64,000 bases of DNA from an uncultured Chloroflexia bacterium. GTDB lineage: Bacteria > Chloroflexota > Limnocylindria > Limnocylindrales > CSP1-4. The notes beneath the pieces are model-generated. The model was not told the origin of the DNA. It saw only the letters and a program-made list of their open reading frames with translations, and did no database searches. Positions 29,946 through 39,232 of the stretch are shown piece by piece. The DNA lies in assembly GCA_963781845.1 (NCBI GenBank), contig CAWAHN010000014.1:16285-80284 (forward strand), in the 5' to 3' direction. Made by a program: the position numbers and the translations under genes. The stretch's first letter is position 1. Every line of letters starts with the position of its first letter.

Positions 29946-32900
29946 CTAGACCACGGACACCGTCCGGACCGTCACGTTCCGGCGTCCGCCGCTGTCGGTC
30001 GCGCTGATCCGGACCGTCGCCGGACCGCTCCCGCCGGGCGCGACCACGAACGTCGCGACGTACTGCCCGGGCGCCACCAGCCGGGCGAACATCCGTTTCG
30101 GCGGACGTCCGACCTGGTCGAAGGTGACGACCGGCCTCGACCGGAGCGCTTCGACCGAGCTGAACCGGACGGTCAGCGTCCGACCGGCCTTGAGCCGGGT
30201 CGACGACAACGCGACGGCGTAGGCGTCGACGACGATCTGGCGGCGGAGCACGGTCGTGCCACCACCGCTCGTCGCAGTGAGAGCGAGCGTGTAGGTGCCG
30301 GGTGCCACCATCGCCCCGGTTCCTCCCCGGCCATCCCACGTCCAGCCGACCCGGCCCGCAGGCTGCTTGCGCCGGGTCCAGACGGTCCGGACCACGGTCC
30401 CATCGCCGGTCACGATCCGGAGGTCGGTCGTGGCGGCCCGACCGAGCCGGTAGGTGGCCCGTGCCGTCCTGGCCAGGGCGTCGAGGTCCTGCGGGTAGAA
30501 CGCGGTCGGAGCCCAACGCAGCCAGCCGGCCGTGCGGTCGATCCGAACGGTCGTCGCCGTCGTACGGCGGTTCCCGGCCGCATCCTGGACGGTGATCCGG
30601 GCGAGGTAGGTCCCGTCGGGCAGACGCGCCCCAGCCGTCGATCGACCGGTCCAGCGGAGGGATCCGCCGCCGCGCGCGCCGCGCAGTGCGACGACGCGCA
30701 CGACCTTCGTCCCGTGGGTGATCCGGATCGACGTGATGCCGCGTTCGGCGTTCGTCCAATGGACGATGGTCGCGTCCGCCGTCCCATCGCCGTCGGGCGA
30801 GAACGCCGCCGGGGTGGCTGCCACGGCGATCGTCGGCGCCGTCCCGTCGACGACCACCGACCAGGAGCGCGCGGCACCGTTCCCGGCCGGGTCGAGGACG
30901 GCGAGGGTCAGCCGATACGACCCGTCCGGAGCCGGCACCCCAGCGTCGGTCCGGCCGTCCCACGCGGTCCGCGGCTTTCCTCCCGGACCGTTGATCGTCC
31001 GGACGACGGTGCCGGCCGCCGGACCGCCCAGACGCGCGGCGGTCAGGCGCCAGCGACTGGCTCCGGTCGAGCTCGCGGCGAGGCCGACCGAATCGTGCCG
31101 GCCGTCCCGCGGCGGGGAGATCAGGCGGCCGGCGATGGAGGCGGCCGTCAAACGCGGACCGACGGTGTCGATCGTGACCGCGTATGCCGCCACCTCGGCC
31201 GGGGTCATCGGACGGACCGAGGGCGCCGTGTAGGTCCGCGCGCCGGCCCGGCCGATGAGCTGCAGGACGTAGCGCCCGTCGCCGAGGGTCCGACCTCCGA
31301 CCGTCCCGTCCCAGGCCCAGGCCTGACTCCCGACCCCGACATCGGGCACGGCCCGTGTGCCGACCGTCGTCCCGTTGGCGCGAAGGACCTTGAGCGTGAG
31401 GGAGTCGAGCCCGATGCCGTTCGTCCAGCGCAACAGCAGGCCGTCCTCAGAGCCGTCGCCGTTCGGGGAGAATGCCCGGGCGGCCAGGGCCGCCGGCGAC
31501 GAGCCGACCGAGGTCGCGCCGCTCGCTCCGAACGACAGGCGACTCAACCCGGCGTCGACGATCGTCGTGTTCGGCGGGGTCCGCGGGGCGAGGTAGGCGA
31601 TCGAGCCGCTGGCCGCGGCGACCCAGTTCCCCGTCCGGACCGGCTCGGTGGCGGCCCACGTGCTGAGCGGACCGGCGACCTGGTACCAGCTGTAGCCGTC
31701 GGCCTGGACCGGGCCGCGGGTCAGAGCCACGACCGCGCCCGCCTTGAGCGTGGAGACGGCCGGGCCCGAGGTGTCCGGGCGGGTGCGGGTCGTCAGGCTG
31801 GCCGCCTTGACCACGGCGAACCCGCCGGCGCGCAGGGTCGGGCGCCCGATCGGCAGGTTGCCGACGTTCCAGCGCCCGCGGTTCCCCTTGGCATCGGTGG
31901 CTCGTGCCCGGAAGGCGTAGGCGTGTCCGTCGCGACCCGACCAGATCGCCGCGGTGGCGTGCGTCCGGCCGAGCCATGCCTTCCAGGGCCCGCCGTCCAC
32001 GGAGACCTGGACGTCGTAGTTCCGGATGGGGTTCATGTCGAGCGCGGTCCACGTGACCAGGAAGCCCTCGTCACCCTGGCGGGCATCGAGGACGTCGATG
32101 CCGGTCTCCGGCGGGGTCGTGTCGTGGAGGAACTTGGCCACGATCACGCTGTACAGCTCGGGCCGGGTCCCGTCGTAGCCGAGCGCCCAGATCCCCGCCC
32201 CGCGGAGTCCGTACCGATTGATCAGGTCGTACTTGGCCCGGAGGCTCCGGGCGTCGTCGTAGTAGACCTCGCGCCAAGTCGCCACGCAGCCGTAGGCCGC
32301 GGTGCAGTTCCGTCGCTTGTAGGCGAACCAGGCCGAGGATTCCCGGGTGTCGTAGCGTCGACCGTGGGCCTTGGCCAGGGCGACGGCGTTGTCATAGGTG
32401 ACCGACGTCGACCAGCCGTACTTGGCACCCGTCCGGGTCTTCGCCCGAGGCTGGTCGGTGGTCGTGGACCAGGCCCGACCGTAGTACGGGATGCCCAGGA
32501 TGAGCCGGCTCGCGGGGACGCGGTCGGTGAACGCCTGGACGGTGTCGAGCAGGTCGTAGGTCGGGCCGGCGAGCGGTGCGATCGAGCCCGCCGACGCCGA
32601 TCCGGCGTTGCGGTAGTCGTAGCCCATGATGAAGATCGCATCGGCGCCGCCGGGCGCGGTGGCGTCCTCGATCGGGTAGTTGCCGATCCAGCCCGTCGTG
32701 TCGAAGGTCAGCTGATAGCCCCGGGCCACCTTGTCCAGCTCGCTCCGGATCGTCCGGACGAGCGCGGTGAACTCAGCGGAGCGCCCCGACACCAGCGGTT
32801 CGAAGTCGAGGTTGACGCCGTCGGCCCCACGGTCGCGAACGGCCGCCGCGATCTGCCGGGCGAGCCGGAGCCGCGCCGCGGCACTGCCCAGCAGGGCGGA

Positions 32901-33836
32901 CTGGGTGGCCGCCTGGTTGGTCGTCCAGGCGAACGACTGGACCGTCAGGACCACCCGCGTATGCCGCTGGTGGGCCGCCCGGATGATCGAGGTCAGGCGG
33001 GCACTGGTCCAGCCCGACCAGCCGGTCGAGATCGATCCGTTGCCGTTCCGCTTGATCAGGTCGCCGTCCGCGTCGGCCCCGACCCCGAAGTAGGCGATCG
33101 TCGAGAGGAGCCGGTAGTCCAGCCGCGTCGATCCGTCGCCGAGCTCCCAGTACGGGAGGAACCCGAAGACCTGGCGTCGAAGGTCGGTCGCGGCCGGCGG
33201 GTCGAGCGGCCCCTTCGTGGCCACCTCGAACGAGGCCGGGACGGCGGCGATCGCCGGTGCCGCCGAGGGGACGTCGACGGGACCCGGACCGGATCCGGAT
33301 GGGGTCCGGCCGGCGACGGCCTCCGGGGCCCTCGAAGCGGGCGCCCAGACGGTGCCCTGGCGGCTGGCCGCCAGGGCGCGTCCCGAGGCTGCGCCGGCCG
33401 GCAGTCGGCGGGGGGCGACACCGCCGACCGACCAGCCGTCATCGGCGCGCGGCGTGAACGGGACGTCGACGACGCCGCCCGGGGCGAACACGATCCGGTC
33501 GTTCGCATGGGCCGCGGCGTCGACCGCGATGATGGACGGCTCCCGGTCGCCGTCGGGCGGAGCGTCGGCGTCGGTCGCGGCGGCGTCCGGCGCGTCGGCG
33601 GTCGGGATCGGGGCGGGATCGCCGAACGGTGACCCGACCGGGCCCGGGACGGTGACCGGCGCGTCGGCGAGACGCGCGACCGTTGGACCCTGAGCGCCGT
33701 TCGCACGGACCGCCATGACCGCCGAGCTGCCCGTCCCGGCCACGAGGACGACCACGAAGACGACGACCGCGAGCGCGCGGACACGGTCGCGGCGGGCGCG
33801 TCGACGGGAGGGCGGCCGGGGGCGGTCGTCGGTCAC
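29946..33836 (-). CDS. Large membrane-anchored/secreted protein: N-terminal TM, a GH18-like glycosyl hydrolase domain, and at least five FlgD-Ig-like/Big-like repeats.
   Basis: 1296 aa. GH18 motifs DGVNLDFEP, IMGYDY and GIWALGYDG. Repeated FSPNGDGSEDG / FSPDGDGTAD FlgD-Ig-like signatures. GTG start at 33836. Confidence 0.8.
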   Translation of the reverse strand: MTDDRPRPPSRRRARRDRVRALAVVVFVVVLVAGTGSSAVMAVRANGAQGPTVARLADAPVTVPGPVGSPFGDPAPIPTADAPDAAATDADAPPDGDREPSIIAVDAAAHANDRIVFAPGGVVDVPFTPRADDGWSVGGVAPRRLPAGAASGRALAASRQGTVWAPASRAPEAVAGRTPSGSGPGPVDVPSAAPAIAAVPASFEVATKGPLDPPAATDLRRQVFGFLPYWELGDGSTRLDYRLLSTIAYFGVGADADGDLIKRNGNGSISTGWSGWTSARLTSIIRAAHQRHTRVVLTVQSFAWTTNQAATQSALLGSAAARLRLARQIAAAVRDRGADGVNLDFEPLVSGRSAEFTALVRTIRSELDKVARGYQLTFDTTGWIGNYPIEDATAPGGADAIFIMGYDYRNAGSASAGSIAPLAGPTYDLLDTVQAFTDRVPASRLILGIPYYGRAWSTTTDQPRAKTRTGAKYGWSTSVTYDNAVALAKAHGRRYDTRESSAWFAYKRRNCTAAYGCVATWREVYYDDARSLRAKYDLINRYGLRGAGIWALGYDGTRPELYSVIVAKFLHDTTPPETGIDVLDARQGDEGFLVTWTALDMNPIRNYDVQVSVDGGPWKAWLGRTHATAAIWSGRDGHAYAFRARATDAKGNRGRWNVGNLPIGRPTLRAGGFAVVKAASLTTRTRPDTSGPAVSTLKAGAVVALTRGPVQADGYSWYQVAGPLSTWAATEPVRTGNWVAAASGSIAYLAPRTPPNTTIVDAGLSRLSFGASGATSVGSSPAALAARAFSPNGDGSEDGLLLRWTNGIGLDSLTLKVLRANGTTVGTRAVPDVGVGSQAWAWDGTVGGRTLGDGRYVLQLIGRAGARTYTAPSVRPMTPAEVAAYAVTIDTVGPRLTAASIAGRLISPPRDGRHDSVGLAASSTGASRWRLTAARLGGPAAGTVVRTINGPGGKPRTAWDGRTDAGVPAPDGSYRLTLAVLDPAGNGAARSWSVVVDGTAPTIAVAATPAAFSPDGDGTADATIVHWTNAERGITSIRITHGTKVVRVVALRGARGGGSLRWTGRSTAGARLPDGTYLARITVQDAAGNRRTTATTVRIDRTAGWLRWAPTAFYPQDLDALARTARATYRLGRAATTDLRIVTGDGTVVRTVWTRRKQPAGRVGWTWDGRGGTGAMVAPGTYTLALTATSGGGTTVLRRQIVVDAYAVALSSTRLKAGRTLTVRFSSVEALRSRPVVTFDQVGRPPKRMFARLVAPGQYVATFVVAPGGSGPATVRISATDSGGRRNVTVRTVSVV

Positions 33837-33973
33837 GAGATCCTCACGGCTTGCAGTCGGAGGACGACCCTACGCGCCGGGACCCGTCGCGGGATACCGC
33901 CCGATGGTCCCGGTCCGGGGGCGTACGGTGGGATCCGGTGCGGTGCTGTGCGGTCGGCGCGATCGCGCCGCGG

Positions 33974-36304
33974 TCAGTGCAGCGCGAACGCCCGCGCGGC
34001 GCGATTGACCTTCCCGGCCCCGTCGGTCCCGCTGACCGAGAACCGGACCGTTCCGGCGGTGCCGGTCGACTTGAGCCTCACCTTGAGCTTGTAGGTGGTC
34101 GAGCTCATCCGGGTCATCGTCAGGCTGAAGGCGCTCGTCCCTGACTGGCTGACCTTGACCCGGGGCGACGCCCTGAGCAGCTCCGGGGTCGTGACGTAGA
34201 CGGTCACGGTCTGGCCTCGGGCCGGCGTCGAGTCGTTCACGGTGACCCGGAAGCCGTCGGCCACGACCGACGCGTACCCGGTCGTGGAGAGCTCGCCGTC
34301 GGTCGCGCGGATCGCCGCGACGTAGGTCCCACGGGGAGCCATGGTGCCGTCGTCCAGCCGGCCGTCCCAGTCGAAGACATGGGTCCCAGGCCCGGTCGAG
34401 ACGCCGTCACTGAAGGTTCGGACGACATCGCCGTTCTCGTTCTCGATCACTCCGTTGACGACGGCCGAGACCGACAAGTCGTATGAGAAGCGGATCGTCC
34501 TGGCGTACTTGTCGAGGTCCTGCGGGAAGAACACGGTCTTGGCGCTCACGACGTGGCTGAGCGTCTTGTAGACGCCGACCGCAGTGTCGCGGCCGAGCCC
34601 GATGTTCCCGGCGTAGTCGCGCGGAGCCAGGGTCACGGTGTAGACGCCGTTCCTGGCCACGTGTCCGGCGTCGTCCAGGCCGTCCCAGCTCACCTTGCCC
34701 GGACCCGACGCGACCCGGGTGGAGTCCGCCCGGACCACGGCGCCGGTCCCGTCCTTGACGGTCATGTCGATGTAGCCTGCCTCGCTGGTGGAGTAGCCGA
34801 ACCCGATCGTGTCGGCGGCGCCGTCCCCGTTCGGGCTGAAGGTCGGGAGGTCGGTCGCTCCGGCGGCCGCGACGACCGGGTCGTCCAGGGTCGGGGCCAC
34901 GGTGTCGGCGACGAACGTTCCCGTCCTGGTGCCCTCGGGATTGCCCCAGCCGTCGCTGACCGTCATCCGCCAGCGATAGGTGCCGTCGGGGACCGGCGTC
35001 CCGGCGACGAGCCCGGACCACGTCGCGCTGAACGCGTCGCCCGAGCCGGTCTTCGTGCCGACGACCTCGCCGTCGGCGGTCTCGAAGGTCGCGGTCCAAT
35101 CCGCGACCTCGGAGATCCGGCCGGTCAGCCGATAGGTGTCGCCGCTGCCGTCGCCGTTCGGTGAGAACGCGCCGTCCCCGTCATCGGTGGTCCAGACGAC
35201 CGGGCCGGCACTGTCGCGCGGGACGAGGTCCGATCCGGACATCCAGCCGGTCGTCGCCCCATCGAGGGTCGCGACCTCGAAGATCGGCGTGCCGGCCGTG
35301 GTCGTCGCGGCGGCCCGCGTCAACAGTCGGAGTCGGGTGTCCCGGGCGAGGGTCGCCAGCGGACCGCTGTCGCCGGGTGGCGTGAGCGTGTCGTCCTGGT
35401 AGACGTTCGCAGCGTCCACCACGACCGATGCGGCGCCGGGAACCTGGAAGTCGGCCGGGTCCGTCCCGGTGTCGGCGTACGCGGCACCGGTGATGTCGTC
35501 GGTCGTCGTGCCCAGCCATCCGGTGACCGCGCGCCAGTAGCCGCCGGGCGTCCCGTCGGGGTCCATCTCGACGGTCGCGCCGGGGGTCCGGCTCGATCCG
35601 AAGGTGAACGCGTTGTCGTTGAAGGTCGGCGAGTCGTGGAAGAGCTGGTCGACCGTCTTGTGGGTCGTGAACAGCTGGCGGACATAGAAGGCGGGCCCGA
35701 AGTGGCCCTCGGCGACGACGGCCCGGGCGCCGGCCTTGAGCCAGCCGGCCGCCATGTTGTCGACCCGTTGCTTCGCCTGCGCCGACGTCGGTTTCGGCTT
35801 GCCCGACTCCGAGTTGCCCGACGCGTAGCAGAGGTGGCTGAGCAGGACGATGGCGTTCGGCGCGAGCTTGACCTCCTTGGCCAGGTAGTACTCGCCCCAG
35901 TACTGGGTCGTGCTGTCGTTGACGCCGGCCTTCGGGTTGAGGCCGAGGCCGTTCTGCGAATAGGGCCAGGGACTCGTCCGGTACGGGCTCGGGAACCCGT
36001 TGCCGTGGCCCATGTAGATGACGACCGAGGCGCCCTGAAGTGCCTTCTTGGCCGCCGCCCAGGTCGCGTTCGGGGTGTAGACCTTGACGACGTTCGAGGT
36101 GTACTTGCGCGCCTCGGCGTACGCCGCATCCCCGTCGGACTTGTAGTAGGCGGTCGAGCCGGCGACCGGTCCGACGATGATCACGACCTTGGGCTGCGGC
36201 GTCGCCGCGCTGGCGGCGCCGGCGGCGGACAGGGCGAAGACGGCCATGACGATCAGGCCGCTGGCGGCCGTGGCCGCGATCCTTCGCACCGGAGGCGTCT
36301 CCAC
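33974..36304 (-). CDS. Secreted protein: signal peptide, an N-terminal domain with a His-Gly...Cys arrangement reminiscent of clan-CD (caspase-fold) peptidases, and FlgD-Ig-like repeats.
   Basis: 776 aa. Signal LIVMAVFALSAAGAASAATP. ...GASVVIYMGHGNGF... about 55 aa ...NAIVLLSHLCYASGNSESG. FSPNGDGSGDTYRLTG and FSPNGDGAADTIGFG repeats. Confidence 0.7.
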   Translation of the reverse strand: METPPVRRIAATAASGLIVMAVFALSAAGAASAATPQPKVVIIVGPVAGSTAYYKSDGDAAYAEARKYTSNVVKVYTPNATWAAAKKALQGASVVIYMGHGNGFPSPYRTSPWPYSQNGLGLNPKAGVNDSTTQYWGEYYLAKEVKLAPNAIVLLSHLCYASGNSESGKPKPTSAQAKQRVDNMAAGWLKAGARAVVAEGHFGPAFYVRQLFTTHKTVDQLFHDSPTFNDNAFTFGSSRTPGATVEMDPDGTPGGYWRAVTGWLGTTTDDITGAAYADTGTDPADFQVPGAASVVVDAANVYQDDTLTPPGDSGPLATLARDTRLRLLTRAAATTTAGTPIFEVATLDGATTGWMSGSDLVPRDSAGPVVWTTDDGDGAFSPNGDGSGDTYRLTGRISEVADWTATFETADGEVVGTKTGSGDAFSATWSGLVAGTPVPDGTYRWRMTVSDGWGNPEGTRTGTFVADTVAPTLDDPVVAAAGATDLPTFSPNGDGAADTIGFGYSTSEAGYIDMTVKDGTGAVVRADSTRVASGPGKVSWDGLDDAGHVARNGVYTVTLAPRDYAGNIGLGRDTAVGVYKTLSHVVSAKTVFFPQDLDKYARTIRFSYDLSVSAVVNGVIENENGDVVRTFSDGVSTGPGTHVFDWDGRLDDGTMAPRGTYVAAIRATDGELSTTGYASVVADGFRVTVNDSTPARGQTVTVYVTTPELLRASPRVKVSQSGTSAFSLTMTRMSSTTYKLKVRLKSTGTAGTVRFSVSGTDGAGKVNRAARAFALH

Positions 36305-36577
36305 GTCGAGTGGCGGTCGCCGCGCCCGTCAGCCTCGCGATGAGCGCGGACCGTACGACCCCGACGAGCCGGATGAGTACGGAGCCAGCCTCCCGGGGGT
36401 GTCGCGCCCGCTCAATGACAACTTCGTCCGGGGGTCCATGGTCCGAACGCCGTCGCCGGGGTGCGGGCATGAGCGGAGCGGTGCGGTCACGGGACCCGCG
36501 GGGTGGTGCGCCGACGCCCCACCATCGGCCGGGCCGCATCCGGGCGGGCGGGGATCGCAGCGTGGGCGTCCGACGGC

Positions 36578-37168
36578 CTACCCGCGGAGGCCGGCCACCA
36601 GCTCCGCGAGCGACGGGTTCGACCGGTCGCGCTCGGACAGGATCGGACGGCCGTCGTTCGACCCCGGGACGGGCGTCGGCCAGGGCACGCCCACCGCTGG
36701 ATCGTCCCAGGCGAAGCCGAGCTCGTCACTCGCATCGAACTCACCGGTCACGAGGTAGATCAGCTCGAGCGCCTCGAGCGCGAGGAACCCGTGGGCGACG
36801 CCGGCCGGGATCTCGACGGTGTCGTCGGCGCGAAGCTCACGTGTCTCGACGAGGGCGGGGCCGATGCCGTCGACGACCGGCCGGACATCCACGAGTGCGA
36901 CCAGCGCGCGACCGCTCGCCACGATCCAGCGATCCAGCTGACGCCGATGGTAGTGGAGCCCGCGGAGGACACCGGCCGAGGAGGTCGACAGGTTGGCCTG
37001 GACGAACCGGCCGCCCGCTACGCCCGCGAGATCGGCGGGCAGCCCGTCGGGCGGATAGGCGCTGGCCCGCCACAGCTCCCGGAACGACCCGCGCTCGTCG
37101 GCGTGACGGGTCAACCCGCCGTAGCGGACGCCGGACAACGTCGATGGGGGTCGGTCGAGGTCGCTCAC
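36578..37168 (-). CDS. rmlC: dTDP-4-dehydrorhamnose 3,5-epimerase.
   Basis: GTG start VSDLDRPP..., overlapping the rmlD stop (GTGA). RGLHYH and ELIYLVTGEFDASDELGFAWDDP motifs. 196 aa. Confidence 0.85.
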   Translation of the reverse strand: MSDLDRPPSTLSGVRYGGLTRHADERGSFRELWRASAYPPDGLPADLAGVAGGRFVQANLSTSSAGVLRGLHYHRRQLDRWIVASGRALVALVDVRPVVDGIGPALVETRELRADDTVEIPAGVAHGFLALEALELIYLVTGEFDASDELGFAWDDPAVGVPWPTPVPGSNDGRPILSERDRSNPSLAELVAGLRG

Positions 37169-38094
37169 GCCCGACCTCCGGCCGATGTCTCGGCGCCGGT
37201 GGTCGACGCCACCCGCCGGAGGGCCGGTGCGTAGTCGGCCAACGCCTCGGTCCACGGACGCATCGGCTCACCCGACGGCAACGGGCTCGCGTCGAGGACG
37301 CCCCAGCGGGGTGGCGTCGACGGGCGCACCCAGGTCGCGGCCGGGACCTCGTCGACGTCCACCTCGACCCCGGCCAGACGAAGGACCTCGCGCGCCCAGT
37401 CTGCCCGGGACACCGCCCCGAGGTTGACGTAGTGGAGGGTCCCGTCGATCTCGCCCGAGCCGATCAGCTCGGTGATGGCCTCGGCCACGTCCGCGGCGGA
37501 TGTCGGCGACCCGAACTCGTCGCCGACGACCCGCAGGGGTTCGCCGGCCGCCCTGGCTCGCAGTGCGGCGGCGAGGATCTTCGTCGGGAAGTCAGCGCCC
37601 GGCGGGCCGTACAGCCAGGCGGTCCGGACGATGGCCGTCAGCGCCCGGCTGTGGGCGGAGCTCGCCCGCACGGCGGCCTCCCCGCCGAGCTTGCTCCGAC
37701 CGTAGGCGTTGATCGGATCCGTCGGGTCGCTCGGCCGGTAGCCCAGCCCATCCGTCCGAACGCCGTCGAAGACCTCGTTCGTGGAGACGTAGATGAGGTC
37801 GACGCCCGACTCGGCGCAGGCGGAAGCCAGCTCCCGCGTGGCGGCGGTGTTCCGTCGATCGGCCAGGGCGTCGTCCCGGGTCGCCCCGTCGACATCGGTC
37901 CAGGCCGCGCAGTGGACGACGACCTCGGGCCGATCTCGACGGACGAGCCGGGATGCGGCCTCGACGTCGTCGAGATCGTAGTCGGGACGCGTCCAGGCGA
38001 TCGGTCCCGCCAGGCCGGTGAAGGGCGCCTCGGCCAGCGCTCCGACAAGAGCCCGCCCGAGGCGACCGCCCGCGCCCGTCACGGCGACCCGCAC
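37165..38094 (-). CDS. rmlD: dTDP-4-dehydrorhamnose reductase.
   Basis: GTG start (V)RVAVTGAGGRLG, 1 nt after the rmlB stop. YGRSK motif. ~309 aa. An alternative ATG at 38160 would overlap rmlB by 65 nt. Confidence 0.8.
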   Translation of the reverse strand: MRVAVTGAGGRLGRALVGALAEAPFTGLAGPIAWTRPDYDLDDVEAASRLVRRDRPEVVVHCAAWTDVDGATRDDALADRRNTAATRELASACAESGVDLIYVSTNEVFDGVRTDGLGYRPSDPTDPINAYGRSKLGGEAAVRASSAHSRALTAIVRTAWLYGPPGADFPTKILAAALRARAAGEPLRVVGDEFGSPTSAADVAEAITELIGSGEIDGTLHYVNLGAVSRADWAREVLRLAGVEVDVDEVPAATWVRPSTPPRWGVLDASPLPSGEPMRPWTEALADYAPALRRVASTTGAETSAGGRA

Positions 38095-38095
38095 C

Positions 38096-39232
38096 TCAGT
38101 CCGCCTCGGTCGCGGACCCGAGTGCCGCCGCCGGACCACCCGCCGACGGGTCGCGTGCATCGGCCGCGGCGGACCCGGCCAACCGCTGGCCGTACTGGCG
38201 GGCGTAGTAGGCGTCCCACTCTCCCGCCTTGATCGGCCGCCACCACGCCTCGTTGGCGACGAACCAGGCGACGGTCGCGGCCAGGCCGTCGTCGAACGAC
38301 GTCCGCGGCCGCCACCCGAGCGCGGCCGCCTTGGATCCGTCCATCGCGTAGCGGCGGTCGTGGCCGGGGCGGTCCTCGACGGTCCGGACCAGCGACCACG
38401 GCTTGCCCAGCAGCTCGAGGATCCGCCGGATCACCGCTCGATTGGGCAGCTCGGTCGCGCCCGCCAGGTTGTAGGTCTCGCCGCTCACGCCGTGGCGGAG
38501 GACGTGCTCGACGCCGGCCGCGTGATCGCCGACATAGAGCCAGTCGCGGACCTGCATCCCGTCGCCGTACATCGGCAGCGGCAGGTCGTCGATCGCGTTG
38601 GTCACGAACAGCGGGATCAGCTTCTCGGGGTGGTGATACGGGCCGTAGGTGTTCGACCCACGGGTGACGACGGCGTCGACCCCGTGGGTCACGACGTATG
38701 AGCGGACGAGGAGCTCGCCGGCCGCTTTCGCCGCGGCGTACGGCGAGCGTGGCGCGAGCGCGTCGGTCTCGACCGAGCTGCCCGTCGCGACCGAGCCGTA
38801 GACCTCGTCGGTCGAGACCTGGAGGTAGCGGATCGAGCGGCCGGCCCGCTGCTCCCGGAGGACCGCCTCGAGCAGGACGTGGACGCCGATGACGCCGGTC
38901 CGCAGGAACGCCTCTGGATCGAGGATCGACCGATCGACATGCGACTCGGCCGCGAAGTTCAGGACCGCGTCCGCGGCGGCGACGAGCGGCCGGACCGTGT
39001 CCGCGTCGGCGATGTCGCCCTCCACGAACGTCAGCCGGGCCGCCTGCTCGGGATCGTCGACGGCCGGGCCCAGGTTCGTCCGGTTGCCGGCGTAGGTGAG
39101 CTTGTCGAGGACGGCGATCCGGGTCCCGTCCCGCCGGGCGAGGACCTCGCGCACGAAGCACGACCCGATGAACCCGGCGCCGCCCGTGACGAGGAGCCGT
39201 GCACCGGCCCGGGCCCAGGGCGGATCGCTCAC
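38096..39232 (-). CDS. rmlB: dTDP-glucose 4,6-dehydratase.
   Basis: LLVTGGAGFIGSCFV, YAAAKAAGE (YxxxK), PYHHPEKLIP. The GTG start overlaps the rmlA stop (GTGA). ~378 aa. Confidence 0.9.
   Translation of the reverse strand: MSDPPWARAGARLLVTGGAGFIGSCFVREVLARRDGTRIAVLDKLTYAGNRTNLGPAVDDPEQAARLTFVEGDIADADTVRPLVAAADAVLNFAAESHVDRSILDPEAFLRTGVIGVHVLLEAVLREQRAGRSIRYLQVSTDEVYGSVATGSSVETDALAPRSPYAAAKAAGELLVRSYVVTHGVDAVVTRGSNTYGPYHHPEKLIPLFVTNAIDDLPLPMYGDGMQVRDWLYVGDHAAGVEHVLRHGVSGETYNLAGATELPNRAVIRRILELLGKPWSLVRTVEDRPGHDRRYAMDGSKAAALGWRPRTSFDDGLAATVAWFVANEAWWRPIKAGEWDAYYARQYGQRLAGSAAADARDPSAGGPAAALGSATEAD

Noticed and set aside
29886-33632. 1248-aa plus-strand ORF.
   Set aside because: It is antisense to the GH18/FlgD-Ig giant gene and is Arg/Gly/Asp-rich with no motifs.
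36310-38232. 640-aa plus-strand ORF and the overlapping 36503..37234 and 36837..37271 ORFs.
   Set aside because: They are antisense to rmlC/rmlD or lie in the intergenic leader. Their low-complexity Arg/Gly/Pro composition is rejected in favour of the minus-strand rml genes with diagnostic motifs.
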